Below, in pieces: positions 35,575-42,667 of a stretch of DNA of 42,667 nucleotides (the first letter of the stretch is position 1; the number at the start of each line of letters is the position of its first letter). This stretch comes from a virus (lineage: Duplodnaviria > Caudoviricetes). The notes below the pieces were generated by a model. It was not told the origin of the DNA. It did not search any database and saw nothing but the letters and a program-made list of their open reading frames with translations. Location of the stretch: the IMG/VR virus record IMGVR_UViG_3300033076_000982, positions 1 through 42,667 of that record; one strand, 5' to 3'. The position numbers and the translations under genes are program-made.

Positions 35575-37620
35575 ATGGCTACAAATACTCCTATTCGCCT
35601 GTCTGATAAATCTCAGAAAGCAGTTGTTGCTTTTAACCGCTCGTGTTGCTCGCTGGTAAATAATCAGTGGAATTTGCGGGAACAATTGCGCGCAGCAGAT
35701 CTTGCTTATATGCGTGAATTGGACATAACGGTTGCAAATCAGCGCGCAAAGATTGCTAACTCTTATGGCGATGCAGATCGCTATCAAAATGTCACAGTTC
35801 CAGTGATTCTTCCTGCAGTAGAAGCTGCTGTAACTTATCAAACTTCCGTGTTTCTTTCCGGAGATCCAATTTTTGATGTAGTATCTTCGCCTAAATATAT
35901 TGACGAAGCAAAACAATTGGCAGCTGTTATTGCTAATCAATCTGTTCGGGGTGGCTGGAAACGTCACTTGCAGATGTTTTTCCGTGATGGATTTAAATAT
36001 AATCTAAGTGCTATTGAAACTTCATGGTGTCGCGAAGTTACTGCCGCAATCGAAACTGATGTAGCATTTAGTGGAAAAGAAGGTAAACCTAAAGAGATTA
36101 TCTGGGAAGGTAATGCACTAAAGCATCTTTCTCTATATAATTGCTTCTTTGATACTCGAGTAGCTCCTACTGAGATGCACTCTAAAGGAGAATTCTTTGG
36201 CTATCATGAAATGGTTTCACGCATAGAACTTAAGCAGCGTATCGCGGCACTGCCGGAAGCTATCATGGATAATATCGTGACTGCTTTTGAGTCTGGCACT
36301 GTAGATGTTGGCTACGGCAGTAACTATAATACTCCTGGCAATTTTTACATTCCTCCTATCAATCCTAAAGCAATCATTGATAGCAATTCTTCCGTAGCCA
36401 CTACTAACTGGTTTGATTGGGCCGGCATTGTTGCTCAAGGCTCTGATGCGCGAAAAATTCAATATAAGAACATGTATCAGCTTACCACACTTTACGGTAA
36501 GATTTTGCCTTCTGATTTTGGTATTCGTGTTCCGTCTCCAAACACTCCGCAAATTTGGAAGTTTTTGATTGTAAATGGTCAAACTGTAATTTACGCAGAG
36601 CGTCAAACTAATGCTCATAACTGGATTCCAGTTCTTATGGGCCAGCCATTAGAAGATGGTCTTGCGTATCAGACTAAATCTTTGTTGCAGAATGTGTCTC
36701 CTATGCAAAGTGTTTCTAGCGCTTTGATGAATTCTGTTATTGCTGCTCGACGTCGCGCCATTAGTGATCGTGGTCTTTATGATCCTTCGCGCGTAACAGA
36801 AGCAGCAATCAATTCAACAAATCCGTCAGCAAAAATTCCTGTTCGTCCTAGCGCATTTGGTAAGCCGTTGAGCGAAGCATATTTTCCTATTCCTTTTCGT
36901 GATGATCAGTCTGGAATCATGATGCAGCAAATTGGACAGCTGCAAGGAATGGCAAATAACATTGCTGGCCAGAATCCTGCACGTCAAGGTCAGTTTGTTA
37001 AGGGCAATAAAACTTTGCATGAATACAGTGATGTGATGGCTCATGCTAATGGGCGTGATCAGATGACTTCGATTCTTTTAGAAGATCAAGTGTTCATGCC
37101 TATGAAGTATATGCTGAAAATTAACATTATGCAGTATCAGGGCGGAGTATCAATTTATGACCGCAAGTCTGAAACTGAGATTAATGTTGATCCAGTAGCG
37201 CTTCGTAAATCTGTCGTAGAATTTAAAGTTTCTGACGGACTGACGCCTTCTGACAGACTTATCAATGCAGAATCTTTCCAAGTTGCGTTGCAAGTATTGG
37301 GATCCTCACCGCAGATTGCGGCTGGATATAACATTGGCCCAGCATTCTCTTATTTGATGAAAACTCAAAATGCAGAAATTTCCGCCTTCGAGAAACCGTC
37401 TGAACAAGTCGCCTATGAACAAGCAGTTGCACAGTGGCAACAAGTTGCAATTGAGGCCGCAAAATCAGGAACTCAAATTCCTCCACAGCCAGTGCCTCAG
37501 GCGTATGGTTATAATCCAGCGCAAACAGGAGCATCTACAGCAAATACTGGACAAGCTCCGAAAGTCAATAACATCACAAATAACATCACCAATAATCGCA
37601 CAGATGTTTCACGTCAATAA
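35575..37620 (+). CDS. Portal protein
   Basis: 681 aa directly after TerL; podovirus portal size with a Gln/Pro-rich C-terminal tail. Confidence 0.85.
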   Translation: MATNTPIRLSDKSQKAVVAFNRSCCSLVNNQWNLREQLRAADLAYMRELDITVANQRAKIANSYGDADRYQNVTVPVILPAVEAAVTYQTSVFLSGDPIFDVVSSPKYIDEAKQLAAVIANQSVRGGWKRHLQMFFRDGFKYNLSAIETSWCREVTAAIETDVAFSGKEGKPKEIIWEGNALKHLSLYNCFFDTRVAPTEMHSKGEFFGYHEMVSRIELKQRIAALPEAIMDNIVTAFESGTVDVGYGSNYNTPGNFYIPPINPKAIIDSNSSVATTNWFDWAGIVAQGSDARKIQYKNMYQLTTLYGKILPSDFGIRVPSPNTPQIWKFLIVNGQTVIYAERQTNAHNWIPVLMGQPLEDGLAYQTKSLLQNVSPMQSVSSALMNSVIAARRRAISDRGLYDPSRVTEAAINSTNPSAKIPVRPSAFGKPLSEAYFPIPFRDDQSGIMMQQIGQLQGMANNIAGQNPARQGQFVKGNKTLHEYSDVMAHANGRDQMTSILLEDQVFMPMKYMLKINIMQYQGGVSIYDRKSETEINVDPVALRKSVVEFKVSDGLTPSDRLINAESFQVALQVLGSSPQIAAGYNIGPAFSYLMKTQNAEISAFEKPSEQVAYEQAVAQWQQVAIEAAKSGTQIPPQPVPQAYGYNPAQTGASTANTGQAPKVNNITNNITNNRTDVSRQ

Positions 37621-37632
37621 GGAAATTCCCCC

Positions 37633-37917
37633 ATGGCAACTATAAATACTAGCTCTGCATTTATTTCTTATAATCTTTCTGCTCCAGAAGCATTGCAAGC
37701 TGCAATTCTTACTGGGCCCCAAAAACAACATGTTCAGAATCTCATATCTGCATACGCGCACGATAAATTACAATTAAAATATGATACAAAAGACCCAATG
37801 AATTCTATTCAAATTGAAGCTACACTGATTGGACAAATCGGTGTGTTGCAATACCTTCTGGAGCTTTCGGCCACTGCAGAAGCTGCTACAATTTCTGGCC
37901 AACTCCCCGATGCATAA
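37633..37917 (+). CDS. Small head-module protein
   Basis: AAGGA RBS; conserved position between portal and scaffold. Confidence 0.7.
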   Translation: MATINTSSAFISYNLSAPEALQAAILTGPQKQHVQNLISAYAHDKLQLKYDTKDPMNSIQIEATLIGQIGVLQYLLELSATAEAATISGQLPDA

Positions 37918-37934
37918 CTCCTGAGGAATAAATC

Positions 37935-38696
37935 ATGGATCTGTTCTCAATGTTTAAATCTGCTCCTGCCACTCCTGCTGCTGCAACTCCTCCTGGCACT
38001 CCCGCGCCTGTTACGGCTCCAAATCCTTCTGCACCTCCTACTCCAGGAACTGCCGCAAATGGGTTGATTCCTGCAAATAATGCAGCTCCTGCTGTTGATA
38101 ATAACGCTAATAAACAGGAAACTTCCCCGCTCGATCAATTTAGCGGGCTTTGGGATACTGCTGCTCCTAAGCAGAGCGAAACTTCTAAATTTTTGCAGAT
38201 GGATCCAACAAAAATGATGGAAGCTGTAAGTAAGGTGGATTTTTCCAAAGCTATTACTCCGGAAAATCTTGCCGCAATTACTACAGGCGGTGAAGGTGCT
38301 GCTAAAGCATACGTAGATTCACTAAATAAAGTTGCACAAACTGTCATGGCGCAGACTATTGGTTCAACTACCAAGATCATGGAAGCCGCGCTAAAGAAAC
38401 AGTCGGAAGAATTTACTTCCAGCCTGCCTGATACGATTCGCAAGCATACTGCAAATGAATCTCTTCGCGGCGAAAATCCCATCTTTGCAAATCCTGCTGT
38501 TCAACCCCTGATTCAAGGCCTGCAATCTCAGCTGGCTGTTAAGTATCCTAATGCAACTGCTGCGGAACTTAACAAAATGGCAAAAGATTATATGGTTACT
38601 GTGTTTGGTGAGGTTGCTCCCAAGCCTGATCTTACTAAGGATGCCAATGGCAAACCTAAGAAGCAGGAGCAGGATTGGAGCGCTTTTCTTTCTTAA
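37935..38696 (+). CDS. Capsid scaffolding protein
   Basis: Pro/Ala-rich N-terminus, helical core, C-terminal 'DWSAFL'; synteny. Confidence 0.75.
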   Translation: MDLFSMFKSAPATPAAATPPGTPAPVTAPNPSAPPTPGTAANGLIPANNAAPAVDNNANKQETSPLDQFSGLWDTAAPKQSETSKFLQMDPTKMMEAVSKVDFSKAITPENLAAITTGGEGAAKAYVDSLNKVAQTVMAQTIGSTTKIMEAALKKQSEEFTSSLPDTIRKHTANESLRGENPIFANPAVQPLIQGLQSQLAVKYPNATAAELNKMAKDYMVTVFGEVAPKPDLTKDANGKPKKQEQDWSAFLS

Positions 38697-38715
38697 TTAC
38701 TTTTAGGAGTTTGTC

Positions 38716-39390
38716 ATGACTGTTTTTCGTGCTGTGGGTCAAGCGGAATCTCCGCTACCTCGTGTTCTTTCTGCTGGTGATTTGTTGCTGACTGCAGAAG
38801 CTGTTGGTGTATATAATGCTGCCGGAGCTGGAACTATTCCTGCAGCATCTCTTATTACCAATCTGCTTTCTCGCACTGGCACCGGTGGCGTAACTGATAC
38901 TACCGATACTGCTTCCAATCTGATTCTAGCCATGCTTGGTCAGGGCGCGTATCTTGGCGGTGGTGCTAATGCTGGACTTGGTGTGCAACCTGGCGCCGCT
39001 TGGCGTTTGCGTTATCTTAATACTACTGCGGGCACTATTACGGTTGCTGGTGGGACTGGTGTTACGATTTCTGGAACTGCCACTCTTGCCACTGGCACGT
39101 ATCGTGACTTCCTTGTTACTTGCGTTAACGGAACTCCTGGTCAGATTACTCCAGGAATTACTACTAACGGAAGTGCAGTAGTTACGGGTATTTCGCAGAC
39201 TGTTTTGCAGCAGCTGTCTGTTGGCATGAATGTTACTGGCACTGGCATTCCTGCAAGCACTACGGTAATTGCTGTGAATAGCACTGCTGGCACTGTTACG
39301 CTTTCGGCCAATGCAACTGCTAGCGGCACCGTGTCTCTTGCATTTTTTGGTGCGTTCACTCTGACCAATCTTGGTTCGGGCAGCATCTAA
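38716..39390 (+). CDS. Capsid decoration / head fibre protein
   Basis: Thr/Gly/Ala-rich beta protein with 'LSVGMNVTGTGIPASTTV...TLSANAT'; lies between scaffold and capsid genes. Confidence 0.65.
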   Translation: MTVFRAVGQAESPLPRVLSAGDLLLTAEAVGVYNAAGAGTIPAASLITNLLSRTGTGGVTDTTDTASNLILAMLGQGAYLGGGANAGLGVQPGAAWRLRYLNTTAGTITVAGGTGVTISGTATLATGTYRDFLVTCVNGTPGQITPGITTNGSAVVTGISQTVLQQLSVGMNVTGTGIPASTTVIAVNSTAGTVTLSANATASGTVSLAFFGAFTLTNLGSGSI

Positions 39391-39420
39391 TCTTTTTAAT
39401 CTGATTTTCGGAGAAACAAT

Positions 39421-40641
39421 ATGTCTACTGGTATTTTTAACACCAATGCTCTGACGACTGATCTTGCGATGAAGTCCTTCGCAGGACTCATTACTCGTCT
39501 GATGCCCAATGGTTCTGCTCCTCTTTTCGGCCTGACTTCAATGCTCATGTCTGAAAATGCGGTGCAGGTTGAACATGGATTTTTCACTAAAACCATGCTC
39601 TTTCCGCAGTTCACTCTTTCTGCCAATATTACGGCAGCTGATACCAATATTCCGGTCACTAGCACGGCTAATCTTCTGCCGGGCATGATCATGCGTATTG
39701 ATAGCACGTTTGAGAACGTTATTATCAACAGTGTTACTTCTGGCACTGTTGTTAACGTTACTCGTGCTGTGGGCACTACGCCTGCAACTGCTGCTCTTTC
39801 TGGGGTTAGCGCTTGGCAGGTAGGTAATGCGTTCGAAGAATCTTCGCTGCGTCCGAATGCTCTTATCATCAATCCTGTTCGTATTACGAATCTTACTCAG
39901 ATCTTCCGTAACACTTGGGCGATTTCTGATACGGTTCGTCAGACGATGATGATTGCTGGCGAAACTAACGTTGCTGAATCCAAGCAGGATTGTGCAGCTT
40001 TCCACGCCGCTGATATTGAGAAGGCACTGTTCTTTGGCCAGAAATCTCAAGGTTCGCGTAATGGTCAGCCGTTCCGCACAATGGACGGCCTTATCAACAT
40101 TGTTGGTAATCTTGCCTATTACCCCAGTTATTACGTTGCTCCTAACGTAAACACTGCAGGCGCTACTACCAATTATACGCAGTTTGAAGGCTTCCTGGAT
40201 CCTGTGTTTAATCAGTCGACGGATCCTAAGGTTGCTAACGAGCGCATTCTGTTTGTTGGTGGCACAGCTAAACGTGTTATCAATAACATCGGTCGTTTGA
40301 ATGGCACGTATTTCCTTGTTGATGGACAGACTGATTGGGGCCTGCAGTTTAGCACGTTTAAAACTGCTCGTGGCACTTTCCGTCTTATCGAGCATCCGCT
40401 GTTTAACTCCAATACTTCTTGGAGCAAGATGGCAGTTGCTGTTGATATGAGCACGTTCCGTGTTGCTTATCTTGGCGATCGCAAGACTCAGAACAAAGAG
40501 TTTAATTCTGAGCCTGGTGATGGCGATGATAACGGTATTGATGCAGTTGGTGGCACTCTCACGACTGAAATGACTTGCGTCGTGAAGAACCCTCCTGCCA
40601 ACAGCATCATCTATAACCTGACTGCTGCGGCCGCAGGCTAA
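39421..40641 (+). CDS. Major capsid protein (SU10 / DUF5309-type HK97 fold)
   Basis: Motifs 'N.TQIFRN...IS.T', 'H..DIE.AL.FG', 'RTMDGL' and 'TEMT'; strong codon bias; followed by a terminator. Confidence 0.9.
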   Translation: MSTGIFNTNALTTDLAMKSFAGLITRLMPNGSAPLFGLTSMLMSENAVQVEHGFFTKTMLFPQFTLSANITAADTNIPVTSTANLLPGMIMRIDSTFENVIINSVTSGTVVNVTRAVGTTPATAALSGVSAWQVGNAFEESSLRPNALIINPVRITNLTQIFRNTWAISDTVRQTMMIAGETNVAESKQDCAAFHAADIEKALFFGQKSQGSRNGQPFRTMDGLINIVGNLAYYPSYYVAPNVNTAGATTNYTQFEGFLDPVFNQSTDPKVANERILFVGGTAKRVINNIGRLNGTYFLVDGQTDWGLQFSTFKTARGTFRLIEHPLFNSNTSWSKMAVAVDMSTFRVAYLGDRKTQNKEFNSEPGDGDDNGIDAVGGTLTTEMTCVVKNPPANSIIYNLTAAAAG

Positions 40642-40658
40642 AATCTGTGGGGTGATTT

Positions 40659-40690
40659 GGGAAGATCTCATAAGAACTCTTCCCTTTTTT
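40659..40690 (+). terminator. Rho-independent terminator after the capsid gene
   Basis: GGGAAGA / TCTTCCC stem followed by T6. Confidence 0.8.
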
Positions 40691-40725
40691 CCTACACACT
40701 CTCACTCACACAAAAGGATTTTATA

Positions 40726-40962
40726 ATGTTTAATTCCCCTGCTGTTCACTCTACTTCAGATGAACGCACTGTTAACAATGTAATGCGTCACGCATACAGA
40801 GTGCTTACTGAAGAAGAAAAAGTTGCAATGCAAAAATTGAAAGATACTGGTCTTGAGTTTCATAATTATCTTTCGTCTTTAGGTAATAGTCGAGAGTTGT
40901 CGATCGCAAAGACTAAACTTGAAGAGGTTGTAATGTGGTCTGTTAAACATCTCACTGCCTAA
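40726..40962 (+). CDS. acb2: Acb2/Tad1-family cyclic-nucleotide sponge (anti-CBASS/Thoeris-like), 78 aa
   Basis: AAGGA RBS, ATG 40726. 'YRVLTEEEKVAMQKLKDTG' and 'RELSIAKTKLEEVVMW' match the helical-hairpin motifs of this family as I recall them. Confidence 0.75.
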   Translation: MFNSPAVHSTSDERTVNNVMRHAYRVLTEEEKVAMQKLKDTGLEFHNYLSSLGNSRELSIAKTKLEEVVMWSVKHLTA

Positions 40963-40974
40963 AAGGAATCAATC

Positions 40975-41379
40975 ATGAGCATCAAACAAGTTTTTAAGTC
41001 TACCCTTCCTGCTATTCGCTACATTTTTAAGAACGGTAAAGAAGCTGCATTTATTGCTGGTGAATTTCTTACTGAAATTGCAGAGGAAATTGATCAGCTG
41101 GAATGCGAAATCAAGTGTGGCCATCCGCACATTTTCCGCGATACAGATAAGCTTGCAGTAGATACTGAAGCTGATCCGCTGGCTGAAATCAAAAATAAGA
41201 TTCGCGCAGAATTGCTGGCTGAGCAGGAAGCTGCTGTTCGCAATATGGGCGAAACTGACGCTAAGCCTACGCTTCAAGGAATTGCAAATACGACCAGCAT
41301 TGCCCCTGCATCTGCTGATTCTAATGCCGCTCCTGCAGCTCCGACTGCTCGTTTGATTGTTCCTGGTAAGACTTCGTAA
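40975..41379 (+). CDS. Hypothetical head-module protein
   Basis: AAGGA RBS; 134 aa with a low-complexity C-terminus. Confidence 0.7.
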   Translation: MSIKQVFKSTLPAIRYIFKNGKEAAFIAGEFLTEIAEEIDQLECEIKCGHPHIFRDTDKLAVDTEADPLAEIKNKIRAELLAEQEAAVRNMGETDAKPTLQGIANTTSIAPASADSNAAPAAPTARLIVPGKTS

Positions 41380-41392
41380 TTTAGAGAATTTT

Positions 41393-41983
41393 ATGACTTA
41401 CGCCGAACTCATTGCAGAAGTATACACACAAACCAATCGTCCTGATTTGGTGAATGAAACTGCAGCTGCAGTGCGTTCGGCTACTCTTAAGATGCATCAG
41501 ATCTCCTACTGGGATCGAGATCTTTTTGAAACTGGCATTGATTTTGGAGATGAACTGTTTCTTCAAGTGCTAGATTTTGGGACTTTGATCCCTCTTTTTC
41601 GTGCAATTAAATATCTCAGAAAAGCAGATGTAACTTCTCAAAATTTAGGTAAGAAATTCAAAGTTCTTACTCCAGATTTTGCTCTTGATGACTATAATCT
41701 TGAGAAGTCAGATGTGCTTTATCTGTCAGGCAATACGCTTCAAATTCGATCCTCCACTAAGTTTCGGTATGCAGTTCTTGGATGTTACTTATACCCTAAT
41801 GTAACAGCTAGTGGATACAATTCCTGGATTGCAAATACTTCTCCCTACGCAATCATTCATGAGGCAGCGCGTGCAATAATGAAGTCTATTGGACTGCAAG
41901 AAGAATCTGCACAACAAAATCAACTCGTGGCAGAGCAAGTTGCTTTGCTGACTATTTCCAACACTGTTGCTGAGGGTAGCTAA
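41393..41983 (+). CDS. Head-tail adaptor / tail tubular protein A-like
   Basis: 'MTYAELIAEV...NRPDL' and 'SWIA..SPYAII' patterns of adaptor proteins; position. Confidence 0.75.
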   Translation: MTYAELIAEVYTQTNRPDLVNETAAAVRSATLKMHQISYWDRDLFETGIDFGDELFLQVLDFGTLIPLFRAIKYLRKADVTSQNLGKKFKVLTPDFALDDYNLEKSDVLYLSGNTLQIRSSTKFRYAVLGCYLYPNVTASGYNSWIANTSPYAIIHEAARAIMKSIGLQEESAQQNQLVAEQVALLTISNTVAEGS

Positions 41984-42667
41984 ATGACCGCAAATTTTTG
42001 GACTCCTGATCAAGTTCCTGGGCCGCCGATCAATCTGCCAATTCTTGCCAGTGATGTAAATTACAAGCCGACCGACTATCCAGTTGCGTCTACGCTGGCT
42101 TCGCTGCAAAATATTCTTGCAGAATCTGTGCATGCAGATAATTTTGGACTTGTGCCAAATCTTGGAGTAAATCTTACTACTCAGTTCAATGCAGCAGCTG
42201 CCGCACTTTCCGCACTCTTTCTTTTGGATGGCATACCTCGCAGACTTGTATTTCGTCCTGGAACTTATAGGATGCTTAATGCACTTCCTATGCCTGGAGT
42301 TTGGTATGCCTGTGAAGGTGGTTACGCTGAATTTAAGACAGTAGATAATCTCACTACTTACGGTGATTTTCGTTGCACGTTTTTTCAAAATGCTAATACG
42401 GCTACGTGGGAAGCAGTTCCTGCGAGATATCGTGACCAAGATTTAGTGCGGCTTGAAAATATTATCATTGATGGCAATCGAGAAGCTGTAAGTCAATGGG
42501 ATCAGACTATTGTTCGGTTTCGTATTCCTGATCGCGGCACTGGATATGTAAATTTGCCGTCAGTTGTAGCTACTGGAATTGGCGGCAGCTTTACTTACGT
42601 TGTAGGACTTGGAGCTGAAGCTGCGTCTATTACTGCCCCTGGCACAAATTATATTGTAGGAGATGAG
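41984..42667 (+). CDS. Tailspike / tail fibre, N-terminal 228 aa (continues at base 1)
   Basis: Open by hand translation to the end of the window. 'ADNFG...TTQFNAA...LVFRPGTY...IIIDGNR' is the capping motif of pectate-lyase-like beta-helices. Confidence 0.85.
   Translation, partial: MTANFWTPDQVPGPPINLPILASDVNYKPTDYPVASTLASLQNILAESVHADNFGLVPNLGVNLTTQFNAAAAALSALFLLDGIPRRLVFRPGTYRMLNALPMPGVWYACEGGYAEFKTVDNLTTYGDFRCTFFQNANTATWEAVPARYRDQDLVRLENIIIDGNREAVSQWDQTIVRFRIPDRGTGYVNLPSVVATGIGGSFTYVVGLGAEAASITAPGTNYIVGDE

Noticed and set aside
37567-37602. 12-bp tandem repeat (NNIT NNIT NNRT) at the portal C-terminus
   Set aside because: In-frame low-complexity tail with no evidence of a separate function.
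39538-40671. 377-aa antisense ORF over the capsid gene
   Set aside because: Shadow ORF expected from strong codon bias on the sense strand; no RBS and non-protein-like composition. The same applies to the other antisense ORFs in the track.
40657-40725. Longer TTG start for the Acb2-like gene
   Set aside because: It runs through the capsid terminator; the AAGGA RBS supports ATG 40726.
1-42667. Lysogeny module, tRNAs, introns/inteins, homing endonucleases, reverse transcriptase or alternative genetic code
   Set aside because: No such motifs seen; polymerase, terminase and helicase are uninterrupted, and genes tile densely under the standard code.

Overview
This window looks like a complete, circularly permuted genome (~42.7 kb) of a podovirus-type dsDNA phage, probably lytic. 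The ORF starting at 41984 runs 228 codons to the last base and continues in frame into base 1, giving one 952-aa tailspike. The genome has two arms. The + strand arm is late/structural (33282 through the end, then 1-13410): small and large terminase, portal, scaffold, decoration protein, SU10/DUF5309-type major capsid, an Acb2/Tad1-like anti-defence sponge, adaptor, tailspike, nozzle, M15 endolysin and three ejection proteins. The - strand arm is early/replication (32838 down to 13482): DenV-like glycosylase, RecD/Dda-like helicase, PD-(D/E)XK exonuclease, Sak4-like ATPase, dNMP kinase, SSB, family A DNA polymerase, DUF3987-like ATPase, DEDDh exonuclease and many small ORFs. The arms converge on a bidirectional terminator at ~13445 and diverge from 32840-33280. 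I saw no integrase, repressor, RNA polymerase, primase, tRNA or CRISPR array. The most notable observations are a ~370-bp imperfect palindrome with tandem repeats in the early non-coding region, an Acb2-like gene directly after the capsid gene, a PolA with His at the 762-equivalent position in a genome with no visible primase, two probable remote paralogues among the early genes, and a Fur-box-like site at the divergence point. All family calls come from motif recognition by eye; no database searches were run.
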